Source: Chiloscyllium plagiosum (Eukaryota). From it: 20,000 nucleotides of DNA. The notes beneath the pieces were generated by a model. It was not told the origin of the DNA. It did no database searches and was given only the letters and a program-made list of their open reading frames with translations. The stretch is from assembly GCF_004010195.1 (NCBI RefSeq), contig NC_057753.1:9748455-9768454 (forward strand), written 5' to 3'. Every line of letters begins with the position of its first letter. The stretch's first letter is position 1. The position numbers and the translations under genes were made by a program. Of the stretch, positions 1 through 9,938 are shown piece after piece.

Positions 1-799
1 TATACTTGAACAACGATTCTTACTCAGCAACCTACGCAAATGGTATGATCAACATTACTTGTTCCTTTAATCAGTAATCAGAACATGATGGCGGGTATAA
101 TATGGGCCTGTGGAGAGAGAGGGTACCACCACCTCCCTCCGGGATGGAAAGGGTGCTGCTACCCCATGGCACAAGTGTTCATCCCAAAAGCTAGTAATGG
201 GCAAACCCGAAGGGACATGCCACTGCATTGGAATGGGAAACACACTCGCAGGACTACATAAGGAGCGAACATTGGGTGGTCTATTCTCTTGGGAGCAGGG
301 ACAACAGTGGCAATAAACAAGATTAATGGCCTGGCATATAGTGTATAACTGTTCGCAAATAGATGGAGGAAGGTCTAGCACTCACTAATACTGAGTTAAC
401 GGCAGTAAGGGAAGCAGTGATACAAAATTGATTAGTACTAATCATACTGATGGCAGAGAAAGGGGGCATCTGCAAATTGCAGATGCCCCCATGCTGTTTT
501 AATATTCCTGATGTGTCCCAGAATATCACTAGTGTGATAAATCATATGAAAGCGGCAGTAGGACCGCCTCCCCCAGCATATGGCTCTTGGTTCCCATGGC
601 TTACCTCCCTTTGGGGTATTGGATCCTACACGCTCTACTAGTTGTAGGGCTGGTCATACTAATAGTGCTTTGTATAAGGACCCTGCTTGTGTACCTGCCT
701 ATGGCGTTTGCTTATGAGTGCAGCGGGATGCCAAATGGTAAAACGACCAGAGACTCCAACGCAGGAAAACCCGATTGCATGGATCCCACCATACAGTAA
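1..799 (+). pseudogene. env: ERV-A env remnant (gamma-type envelope: SU C-terminus + TM), disrupted
   Basis: Frame +1 gives WACGERGYHHLPPGWKGCCY (SU C-terminal motif, from 103), a KHTRR cleavage-like site (238-252) and fusion-peptide-like IGWSILLGAGTTVAI. Frame +3 gives immunosuppressive-domain-like IQN*LVLIILMAEKGGIC and CX6CC CKLQMPPCC (471-497). Frame +2 gives a hydrophobic anchor YWILHALLVVGLVILIVLCI. Stops at 259, 346 and 429 plus at least two frameshifts. Confidence 0.9.
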
Positions 800-831
800 C
801 GCTGAAGTGTGTGACGTGTGAAAATGGGCTA

Positions 832-1570
832 TGTACAGGGACGATACCACCAGAAAGCTGTGTTACAGGTAGACGGTGTCGGAGGAAAGGCCTGGTACTC
901 CCTAAGCAGTCTGATGTATAGCTATCTGGCTCGGTATATTTTTATGTCATTGTCATGAAATGGAAAATTAACATTCATTGGGGAATAAAGAAGTAAGGAT
1001 CTGACTGGAACTAAGGGTATTGCAAACAAACAAAAATGTAAAGGCAAACCGACCTAACAGCAGACTTACAAGGCCAGTTAAACTACCATGTCAGCAGCCA
1101 AGAAATGAGAAAATCAACTCCATATATGGAAAGGAACTTGAATGTTCCAGGCCTCTAGCCATGCAGGTGCTGATAAGGAAAAGTGAATTCTAGTATAAAG
1201 GGAGTATGTGAAAGCAAGACGCCCCTTACATGAGGTGTCTTGCCAATGTATTGAGTCTCTTTGCAAAGGTCTGAAATAAACATTTTCTTTGCTCTTGCAA
1301 GCATTTGAGTTGAGTCAATTTAACTTCCACGACAATTGTTACTATGTCGTCATGCTCAGTGTCTGACTACAAACAATGTACATAAGCTCTATACAAACTC
1401 TGGAAAAGTCAGCGGATTATTTTGACGGTATAGGAATACTCATCCTTCTGGGCTGATTAGAGTCTACCGACCCGGCCATACCAAAGAATAAACAATTGCT
1501 TGTGTGATCGACAAAGAGTCATTTCCAGGTGCATTAATTGACCAATCCCAGAAACCTGAAGACCCAGACA
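832..1570 (+). mobile_element. Probable 3' LTR of ERV-A, interrupted by a second LTR
   Basis: Follows env; begins TGTACAGGG (start uncertain, weak PPT), has AATAAA at 1487-1492 and ends CCCAGACA at 1570, after which host ZNF-intron-homologous sequence resumes. Confidence 0.45.
951..1334 (+). mobile_element. Solo LTR (384 bp) nested in the ERV-A 3' region
   Basis: TGTCATGAAA...TTCCACGACA imperfect inverted termini (8/10), TATAAA at 1194-1199, AATAAA at 1275-1280; ATTGT at 949-953 and 1335-1339 is a TSD-like repeat overlapping the TG start. Confidence 0.7.
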
Positions 1571-1698
1571 GCAGTCTGGATCATCAGAACAACCAGACAA
1601 GAAATGGTTAATGTCCCCAGGATGTGGGGAGCAAAATGAGACATCAAGGCATTAACACCACCACCAGAGAGAAACTGAACATACAGACATGGCAAACA

Positions 1699-2245
1699 TT
1701 AGAGAGTTACAGCAGAGGAACAGTCCCTTCAGTCCAACTCATCCATGCTGACCAGATATCATAAATCTACCTCGTCCCATTTGCCAGCACTTGGCCCATG
1801 TCCCTCTCAACCATTCCCATTCATATACCCATCCAGCGAAGTTTTAAATGTTGTCATTGTACCAGCCGCCACCACTTCCTCTGGCAGCTCATTCCTTACA
1901 TGCACCACCCTCTGAATATAGGCGTTGCCCCTTAGGTTCCTTTTAAATCTCACCCTCACCCTAAACCTATGACCCGTCCAGGGAAAAGACTTGTCTATTT
2001 ACCCTATCCGTGCCCCTCATGATTTTACAAAAGTTTGTAGGGTCACCCCTTGGCCTCTGGCGCTCGAGAGAAAACAGCCCCACCCTGTTCAGCTCAAACC
2101 CTGACAACATCTTTGTCAATCTTTTCAGAACCCTTTCAAGTTTTGCAACATCCTATAGCAGAGACCAGAACTGCACACAACATTCCAAAAGTGGCCTAAC
2201 CAATGTCTGGTGCTGTTAGAACATAACTTCCCAAATCGTATAATC
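1699..2245 (-). mobile_element. CR1/HER1-type LINE 3' fragment
   Basis: Reverse complement resembles the CR1 ORF2 C-terminus/3'UTR segments seen on + at 8460-8870, 15890-16310 and 18260-18780 (e.g. ggaatgagctgccagaggaagtggtg). Confidence 0.8.
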
Positions 2246-2564
2246 AGAGAATTGGGAAAGTTTTCAAACCCCAGAAAAGACAACCGGGAAAGAATGGAGG
2301 GACAAACCGAATTTTCGCGGGTCAGCTTGGACATCAGGGCGGGAATGGGAATGAGGGAAGGAAGCTGAATGTGCTGGAGCCAAGACACAGGAAGAACAGA
2401 GGATGCAAAACCGGCGTGAAGCTACAATGAGGAATATTGCATGTGCTGTACTTGCACCTGTTGCAGTTACTGGTGGGAATCGGGTGCATTTTTAAAATAA
2501 AAACAAAAAAGCTATCTGCCCTCCGCCTTCTCTTCCACCTCACCCGGATAATTAAGATACATAC

Positions 2565-2685
2565 CTGAGTTTGCGGAGTCTGCTCCAGTTGCTACAAGTG
2601 AACAGATTTCCCCATCTCTGTCTCCCTCCCAAGATGAAGAGTTGCCCAGAGGGAGAATCACTTTGAAACTGACAGGGCGACATCA
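2565..2685 (-). other. Putative non-coding first exon of a minus-strand ZNF paralogue (donor CAG|GTATGT, GT at 2564-2563)
   Basis: Reverse complement of ~2545-2680 aligns with 18053-18212 (gccctgtcagtttca...ggaaatctgttcacttgtagca...gcaaactcaggtatgt), the exon-1/donor region of the ZNF gene at the window end. Confidence 0.65.
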
Positions 2686-2689
2686 GCGT

Positions 2690-2780
2690 TATGACGTCAA
2701 TAAAGGTACAAGGGGCGGGGCAAAATGATGGTAAAGGGGCGGGACGAGACTGAGATCGGCCCACGCACTGCGCATGCGGT
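2690..2780 (-). promoter_or_regulatory. CpG-rich promoter: CRE, two GC boxes, NRF1-like motif
   Basis: TGACGTCA 2692-2699; GGGGCGGGGC 2712-2721; GGGGCGGGAC 2736-2745; TGCGCATGCG 2769-2778, directly upstream of the putative minus-strand exon 1. Confidence 0.7.
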
Positions 2781-2817
2781 GTCCGGCAGCAGAAGAGGAG
2801 GAGAACACCCTTTCCCT

Positions 2818-3050
2818 TTAGAGAATCCCCACAGTGTGAAAGCAGGCCACTCGGTCCGACGAGTCCACACCGACCCTCTCAAGGGTAACGCATCCACATC
2901 CATTCCCATACCCCCCACTGCTCTACATTTAACCCTGAGTAACGCACCTAGCTGCATATCACTGGACATTATGCATAATTTAGCATAACCAATCCACCCT
3001 AACCTGCACATCCCTGGACACTATGGGTAATTTAGTCCACTTTAACCTGG
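2818..3050 (-). mobile_element. HE1-type SINE, 3' fragment
   Basis: Reverse complement resembles the 3' half of the full SINE at 8137-8415 (ggtcggtgtggact, gcaggttagggtggattgg). Confidence 0.75.
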
Positions 3051-3054
3051 ACAA

Positions 3055-3970
3055 AGTTTAAATCTCAACTCCAGGTTGTAGTCCAACAGGCTTCTTTGGA
3101 AGCAGTAACTTTTGGAGTGCTGCTTCTTCATCAGGTGGTTATGGAGAATAAGATCATAAAACGCAGAATTTACAACAAAACATTAAGGCATCCTGCCAAT
3201 GAAATGGTAAATTGAACAAACCTGGATTGTTAAGTCTTTCACCTTTTAGAATGGGTTGCAGGTATCATTAAAATGCAAATGCCAGAACTTCTTGTATGTC
3301 ACCTTCTCAAGAAAACAAGGTTTTACAGCAAAAGGTGACATCACAGCTCAGACAATGAATTAAAGGTGTGAGGTCAGAGTCTGCCTGTATCCTAATCTTG
3401 AGTCAGACTGGTTCTATTTCCAAAGTGGAATTTACAAACTATTATATGTATTGGACTGCCTGCAGATTGTGCATTTTTTAATCAAAATAGAATGTATCTG
3501 CACATATACTTCCCCACACACACAAGTTTGTTGGGTAAATTTGTACTTGCAGAATTACATCTTTACTCAAAACTGCATGAATCCATATAAGATTCTGTAA
3601 ATCAGTTTAACCATTGTGGCACAGACAGTCTCACACAGGGGAGCTCACACCTTCAATACATTATCTGGGCTGACACAACACCAATTGCTAAAGTTCACTT
3701 GAGAATTTAACTTTTAAAAAAACACTTTGTGATTTACATGTGAAAGAACTGAAACCAACATGGTCATTCTAACAGATGAGAGACTGAACAAACAATCCAG
3801 GTCTTTTTCAATCTATAATTTCAGTTACATCACACTGTAAACTTTGGTATAAATTCTGTGTCTTACAATCTTATACTCCATGAACACCTGATGAAGGAGC
3901 TGCACTCTGAAAGCTAGTGCTTCCAATTAAACCTGTTGGACTGTAACATGGTGTAGTGTGATTTTTAACT
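3055..3970. mobile_element. Penelope-like non-autonomous element: large imperfect inverted repeat with terminal hammerhead motifs
   Basis: 3055-~3500 is the diverged reverse complement of ~3520-3970 (e.g. gtccaacagg/cctgttggac, cttcatcaggtg/cacctgatgaag, cctggattgt/acaatccagg, aaggtgtgag/ctcacacctt). Confidence 0.7.
3885..3919 (+). ncRNA. Minimal type I hammerhead ribozyme motif
   Basis: cac-CTGATGA-a-ggagc tgca ctct-GAAA-GCTA-gtg: catalytic boxes, stem II, palindromic AGCT stem III, stem I cac/gtg. A degenerate copy lies on the minus strand at 3103-3137. Confidence 0.6.
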
Positions 3971-4119
3971 CTGCAAATACACATTTCCTCCCACGGATTT
4001 ATGTGTGCGCATATGTGCAAGAGAGAGAGAAAAGTCTACATCAGTGTTGGATGTCTCTATGTCTATTTGATGCTTTATTTCTATTGATGTAAATATTGTA
4101 GTAAATCTTAGCTGGGTAA

Positions 4120-4219
4120 TAATAGTTAGATGCAAGAGAGAGAGAATTCCTCAAGTAGGGCACAATAAGAATCCTGGGAGACCCCTATTTCTTGCTTACT
4201 TCCTCATGAACAAACATTA
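4120..4219 (+). repeat. ~100-bp diverged direct repeat, copy 1 (copy 2 at 6026-6124)
   Basis: Shared gagagagaattcctcaa.tagggcaca...gaatc.tgggagaccc...ttacttcct.atgaacaaacatta. Confidence 0.85.
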
Positions 4220-4471
4220 CACTCGATCGCATATTTATTTCTAATTTTGTTGCATTTTCGTTGTTCCTTGCAATGATGTGGGAGAATTGTTAGATTTGGA
4301 TCAGCCATTTTATCACATATTAAAGCCTGGAAACCATTTTGAATCTCATCTTAGTGCTTGCTTGCGAAAAGTTATATTTTTCCTCGGCTAAGATTGTGTT
4401 TCCCAGGCTCGGCAGAGATGGTTGGCCTTGCAGCTGTAATACTCCCCGATAAACAAATTCTTTCCTTGCAG

Positions 4472-5335
4472 GGGACTTTATTTCCATCATCCACAGTTGG
4501 CGAGTCAGGCAGGAGATACCCTGGTTCTGCCAGGTCACTGGCTGATATCGTTTGAGAGATGAAATATAGAGGGTGGTTGCTGCTTTTGTTGTGTCCAAAG
4601 GAAAAGGAAAGCTGGCCAGGGACAAAAATGCTGTTAGAAATGCTGATACAATTCTCGCTATTCGGCCATAAGATACTAGTGTGAGTACTCAACAGGATCA
4701 TCGTGTCCGGATGTAACGTTGCTGAGAGCTTCTTATGCTTTACAAAATTAATAATAAAGAATTTGCTTGCCCCAGGGTTATGACAGGTGAAAGCCTATTT
4801 GATAAGCCGTGGACCCACACTGAGATCTGTAGCATGCTTCAAAATGCCCCTGACCTGTTAGAGTGCCCAACATTAGTTTTAATTGGCTAGTAAAATTCTG
4901 CAATAAGTATAATTGCTTGCTTCAGGACATCCAGACTTGAATAAATTTGGCATACAGGATGCAGTGGGCAATTATTAAAGACTCCATTGTATTTCCCTTG
5001 GGTTGTGGACTCATGCAGAGACATGAACAACTTGCAGCTTTCTTTCCCCCCGCCTTTGGAACTGCTCAACTGAAAATCAAAGTCACCCCGCAGACAATCC
5101 TGTGCTCGGCTCAGTTCACTGTTGTGGCCCTCCTCTCCAGCGATATCTCAGATGCCGAGATTTCCCCTTCCTGATGAAACCCCTGATGATGATTCCCAGC
5201 CCTTGGAGCCTTCTGCCCCTGTCCTTACTGAACTAGAAGACTATCTGTCCAATCTCCAACCACCACCCCCTGACAATCCCCCTGGCTCTGGGTATAATCC
5301 CCCTTTTGCTGACACCCCCAATCTCTTCGTTTTAA
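4472..5335 (+). pseudogene. ERV-B internal remnant: Gag capsid-NTD-like segment joined to env cytoplasmic tail
   Basis: PWTHTEICSMLQNAPDLLECP (from 4807) then NWLVKFCNKYNCLLQDIQT*INLAYRMQW resembles retroviral CA N-terminal helices (weak, by eye). 5092-5330 is homologous to the ERV-C env tail at 14058-14303. Followed by PPT and LTR. Confidence 0.55.
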
Positions 5336-5350
5336 TAAAAAAAAAGGAGG

Positions 5351-5474
5351 AGAAAGTGAGGTCTGCAGATGCTGGAGATCAAAGTTGAAACTTTATTGCT
5401 GGAACAGCATAGCAGGTCAGGCAGCATCCAGGGAACAGGAGATTCGACGTTTCGGGCACAGGCCCTTCTTCAGG
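5351..5474 (-). mobile_element. Short Penelope-derived element with hammerhead motif, inserted in the ERV-B polypurine tract
   Basis: TSD AAAAAAAGGAGG at 5339-5350 and 5475-5486; minus strand reads ttc-CTGAAGA-a-gggc ctgt gccc-GAAA-CGTC-gaa (5443-5476). Confidence 0.85.
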
Positions 5475-5489
5475 AAAAAAAGGAGGGAT

Positions 5490-6021
5490 TGTGGGAGAAC
5501 TTGACCAAAATTGACACAAAACTGCGTGGAAGTCATTTTGTCACAAAGCAATGTTTGCAGTGAAATGTAGCCTGTTAACATAATGCTGTCTGAGCCCTGG
5601 CTAAGGAATTCTGTTTTGATAGCCTGACCTTGCAGCTGCAGGCTGTCTCTGCTCCTCGGGCCATTAGACTGTGCTACTCCATAGAATGATGGATTGGTTC
5701 TTTCTGTCCCTTATCGGTAATTCGAGCCTAGCTGAACCTGCAGTATAAGATAACATTCAGATTTGTAGACATTAAGAAATGTAGGTCTGGACAATGTATG
5801 TGAACCTTACGACTGCCCCTCCATTGCATAATTAATGGAGAGTGGCTTGTGTTTTACCATAAAATTTGTAACACTCTGTATTTCATTGGAATACGTCGGA
5901 CTTTGTTTTGAACAAATAGGTCTTCCCAAGGCAATGAATAAAGCTAGTTAATTGCTCAAGGTCTCCTCTCCTGACTACTTTGCTTTAAATGATTTGGCAC
6001 ACGAGTTACTTTGCCCCAACA
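5490..6021 (+). mobile_element. 3' LTR of ERV-B (532 bp) preceded by PPT
   Basis: PPT AAAAAAAGGAGGGA (5475-5488), start TGTGGGAG, AATAAA at 5937-5942, end CCCCAACA. Confidence 0.8.
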
Positions 6022-6025
6022 GCAC

Positions 6026-6124
6026 TAACAGTTACATCTAAGGGAGAGAGAATTCCTCAAATAGGGCACATGAGAATCTTGGGAGACCCCTACTTCTGAT
6101 TTACTTCCTAATGAACAAACATTA
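6026..6124 (+). repeat. ~100-bp diverged direct repeat, copy 2
   Basis: Matches 4120-4219. Confidence 0.85.
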
Positions 6125-6732
6125 AGCATTTATTTTATTCTAATTTTGTTTCATTTTTCTTGTTTGATTCCCCGCTATGGCTACGCTCTGTGTCTGGATG
6201 GTTGACAGGCTGGAAGATTGTGGGTTGGGTTTTGATTGACTGAATGTTTTCTTGTTCTGGAAGGTGTAAAAGAGGCGTGAAAGCTTCAGCAGAAATCCAG
6301 CAGAGCTGAGAATAGACCAACATCATACTCTGTGGGAACAGGGAGATCAGCAGAGGACAGAGAAATCAGGATCTGAAATCCGAGCTGACACCAGGCTACC
6401 CTGTGATTTGTGCTTTGATTAGCAGTGCCAATCCTCTACCTTTATCTAGCTTCCCATTTGACCAGATTCTCAATATTCATGATCCAATCCTTGTCATCCT
6501 GAAGCCATGTCTCTGTAAGGAGTCTCAGACCATAATTATTCTCTTCAATGTGTGCAGTCAATTCATTCACTTTTTTTTTTACAATGCAGCACACATTCAG
6601 ACACTGTTTTTGTGTCAATTTTTGTGATCCTTAGAATCCAGTTTTGATTGCTGGTATATTTCCACTCCTTGTCCCTTTCTATTGTCCTCTGATGTTAATT
6701 TCCCACACGACTACATTGCTCACCGGCCTTGA

Positions 6733-6813
6733 TTTGGATTGGCCATGCTAAATTGTCCATAGTGTCCAGGGATGTGCAGGTTAGGAGGGTTAGCCATGGG
6801 AAATGCAGGGTTA
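6733..6813 (+). mobile_element. HE1-type SINE internal fragment
   Basis: ggattggccatgctaaattgtccatagtgtccagggatgtgcaggttagg, similar to 8290-8320 and the reverse complement of 2960-3030. Confidence 0.7.
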
Positions 6814-6817
6814 TAGT

Positions 6818-7075
6818 TTCATAGTAATAGAAGCAGGAGTCGGCCATCTGACCCATCCAGCCTGTTCTGCCATTCATTAAGATCATGGCTGATCTCTCCA
6901 TTGTCTCAGCTCCTCCTCCCTGCATTGTCCCAACTGCCCTTCATTCCCCTACCATGCAAAAACCCATCCAACTGTGTCTTGAATATACTTAATGAAGCTG
7001 TCTCTACTGCTTCCTTGGACAGAGAATTCCATAGATTCAGTACTCACCGGGAAAAGTAGCTCCTCTTCATCTTTA
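6818..7075 (-). mobile_element. CR1-type LINE 3' end fragment
   Basis: Reverse complement resembles the + strand LINE 3' ends at 7830-8050 (gtgaatctatggaattctctg...tcagccatgatctt...atggccgactcctgcttcta). Confidence 0.7.
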
Positions 7076-7486
7076 TACCGAATGCCACCTTCACTATCCT
7101 GTCCACCTGAGACTCCACTTTCAAGGAAATATGAACCTGCACTCCAAGGTCTCTGTGTTCTGCAACACACCCCTTAAGTGTGTCAATCCTGCCCACATTG
7201 CTTGACAAAAATACAAAACCTCAATTTCTCGAAATTAAACTCCACTTGCAAGTCCTCAGCCCATCAACCCATCCAGTAAATTCTAATTTATAGCGAACTC
7301 TCTTTCCTCTCTTAGCTGAAAATCTCCATCCCACACATTCTCCCTCCATTCTCACTTTGCTGAACCTAATCCCTGCTGTACCTCATCCTGAAGGGTCTGG
7401 TACATGCTGATTAACAGGCCCACACTCAGGGAGGATCTAATTGTAACATAAAGAATACTGAACAGTCCGGACAGAGTGGATGTTGG

Positions 7487-7715
7487 TAAAAACAATGACT
7501 GCAGATGCTGGAAACCAGAGTCTCGATTAGAGTGGTGCTGGAAAAGCACAGCAGTTCAGGCAGCATCCGAGGAGCAGTAAAAATCGACGTTTCGGGCAAA
7601 AGCCTTTCATCAGGAATACAGTATTCCTGATGAAGGGCTTTTGCACGAAACGTTGATTTTACTGCTCCTTCGATGCTGCCTGAACTGCTGTGCTTTTCCA
7701 GCACCACTCTAATCT
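7487..7715. mobile_element. Palindromic Penelope-derived insertion with two opposed hammerhead motifs
   Basis: 14-bp TSD AGAGTGGATGTTGG at 7473-7486 and 7716-7729; arms 7525-7619 and 7621-7714 are near-perfect reverse complements. Confidence 0.9.
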
Positions 7716-8136
7716 AGAGTGGATGTTGGGAAGATGTTTCCATTGGAAGGAGAGACTAGGACCCAAGGGACCAGCCTTAAAGTGAAGGGAAAATCTTTGA
7801 GAACAGAGATAAGGAGAAACCTGTTCAGCCAGAGAGTGGTGAATCTATGAAACTCACTGCCACAGAACGGGGTGCAGGCCAGGTCAGTGAGGATATTTAG
7901 GACTGAGCTAGATAGGTTCAGCATAAAAGGGGAATCAACGGTTATGGAGAGAAAGCAGGAGAATGGAGTTGAGAAACCAAGCAGCTATGATTGGGTGTGC
8001 TCCACCATTCAGTGGGCTGAATGGCCTCATTTCTGCTCCTACGTTTATGATCTCTTGCTGTCCTGAACACAGAGTGAGAGAATTGGGAGCAGGAGTAGGC
8101 CATTTGGTCTTTCAAGCTTGCACTCGCATTGAACAC

Positions 8137-8415
8137 GGTGGCACGGTGGTTAGCGCTGCTGCCTCACAGCACCAGAGACCCGGGTTCAATTCCCGCCTCA
8201 GGCTGGAGTTTGCACGTTCTCCCCGTGTCTGCGTGGGTTTCCTCCGGGTGCTCTGGTTTCCTCCCACAATCCAAAGATGTGCTGGTCAGGTGAATTGGCC
8301 ATGCCAAATTGCCCGTAGTGTTAGGTAAGGGGTAAATGTAGGGGAATGGGTGGGTTGCGCTTCGGCGGGTCGGTGTGGACTTGTTCCACACTGTAATGTA
8401 ATCTAATCTAATCTA
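8137..8415 (+). mobile_element. Near full-length HE1-type tRNA-derived SINE
   Basis: Box A-like TGGCACGGTGG, box B GGGTTCAATTCCC, core gtttgcacgttctccccgtgtctgcgtgggtttcctccgggtgctc, (AATCT)n tail, TSD AACAC at 8132-8136 and 8416-8420. Confidence 0.92.
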
Positions 8416-9011
8416 AACACATCATAACTGGATATTAATCTACCAACATCTCGGTGGATAGGCTTGGACTTTTTTCACTGAGCACAGGAGGTTGACAGGT
8501 GACCTTATAGAGGTTTATAAAATCATGAGGGGCATAGATGAGGTGACCGCCAGGTATCCTTTCCCTCGGGTGGGAGTTTCAAGATTAGGCAGCAAATTTG
8601 ATGGAGAGAGGAGAAAGATTTTAAACAGGCAGGAGGGGCACCTTTGTTTTGACACACAGAGTGGTTTGTGTGTGGAATGAATGTCCAGAGGAAATGGTGG
8701 ATGCAGGTACTGTAACAACGTTTAAAAGACATTTGGATAAGTAAATGAACAGGCAAGGTTGAGAGGGATATGGGTTAAATACTGGCAGGCAGGACTTGTT
8801 AGGTTCGTGAATATAGTCAGCATGGACCAGTTGGGTCTGCTTCTGTGCTGTATAATTCTGTATGTGTTCTATACTGGTCTTAAAATAATTTTCTTGCCCT
8901 CCCCCATAAACTTCCACTTCTTTGTTGTTCAAAAATCAGATGAACTCAGCCTTGAATATATTCAATAACCCCCTAACTACAGGAAGACAGCCGCATTTCT
9001 GAACTCAATTC

Positions 9012-9143
9012 CTCATTCCTGATGAAGGGCCAATGCCCGAAACGTCAACTCTCCTGCTCCTTGGATGCTGCTTGACCTACTGTGTGTTTCGAGGGCCACA
9101 CTTTTTGACGCTGATCTCCAGCATCTGCAATTCTCACTTTCTC
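9012..9143 (+). mobile_element. Short Penelope-derived element with hammerhead motif
   Basis: attc-CTGATGA-a-gggc caat gccc-GAAA-CGTC (9015-9046); same family as 5351-5474. Confidence 0.8.
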
Positions 9144-9254
9144 CACATCCCAGTCCATCACCATTTAAACAATGCACCGCCTTTCTGCTTTCTTTTTTTA
9201 CACAGCAAAGGCTAGCACATTTGCGGTAGCACATTTGCCACATGTTTGCCAATT

Positions 9255-9795
9255 GTGGTCTTCTCTACATTGGGGAGACCGAGCATAAACTTGGGGAACA
9301 GTTCACCAAGCATCGCAGCTAGGTCCACAGAGGCTGACCGGACCTCCTAGTCACCATCCATTTTAATTCACCTTCCCACTCCCTTTCTGACATGACCATC
9401 TTTGCCACCTCCATTGCCACAATGAACCAAACCACAAATTAGAGGAACAACACCTCACCTTCTGCCTGGACAGCCTACAGGCCAGAGGACTCGGCATTGA
9501 ATTATCCAGTTTCAAATAAACTCTCTTCCCATCCCCCGACTCCCTTCTCAGCACCGACCCTTCATTTCCACTCCTCCCTGCCACTAACCAGATTCCTTCT
9601 TCCCATTGACCAACCAGGTCGTACCCTCGGCTTGTCTTCACCTATCCCCACTTCACCACACTGCCCCTTGCACTCCCTTTATCTGCATCTGCCCCTACAC
9701 CCACCTGAAGAAGGGTTACACCTGAAACGTCAACTTCTCCAACTCCTGAAGCTGCCTGGCTTGCTGTGTTCTTCCAGCCTCCTGCTCGTCTATTT
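9255..9795 (+). mobile_element. Penelope-like element 3' fragment (GIY-YIG endonuclease C-half, 3'UTR, hammerhead motif)
   Basis: CGLLYIGETEHKLGEQFTKH...KLEEQHLTFCLDSLQARGLGIELSSFK*; pyrimidine-rich UTR; CTGAAGA...GAAACGTC at 9705-9731. Confidence 0.85.
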
Positions 9796-9938
9796 TGCCA
9801 ATCGAGACACATCTGCACCAACATTTCCAGAGTCTGTCCCACCCGGATTCACTCTCTTTCCTTTCAATTGCTGCAATTCAACAATTGCATTCCACAATGA
9901 AAAAGAAATGGAGAAAGGGGAGAGAAAAGAGAATGCCG

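Larger units (their letters stand above)
7112..8920 (+). repeat. Composite ~1.28-kb repeat unit (mosaic of CR1 fragments and unique spacers), copy A, with two later insertions
   Basis: 7112-7486 matches 16351-16720; 7757-8920 (minus the SINE) matches 15462-16358 and, in part, 16746-17441. Confidence 0.85.

Noticed and set aside
4277..4286. TGTGGGAGAA identical to the first 10 bp of the ERV-B LTR
   Set aside because: Similarity does not extend further and flanks give no TSD; cannot be distinguished from chance.
8137..8200. tRNA-like A/B boxes as a tRNA gene
   Set aside because: They form the head of a SINE with core, simple-repeat tail and TSD; no complete cloverleaf.
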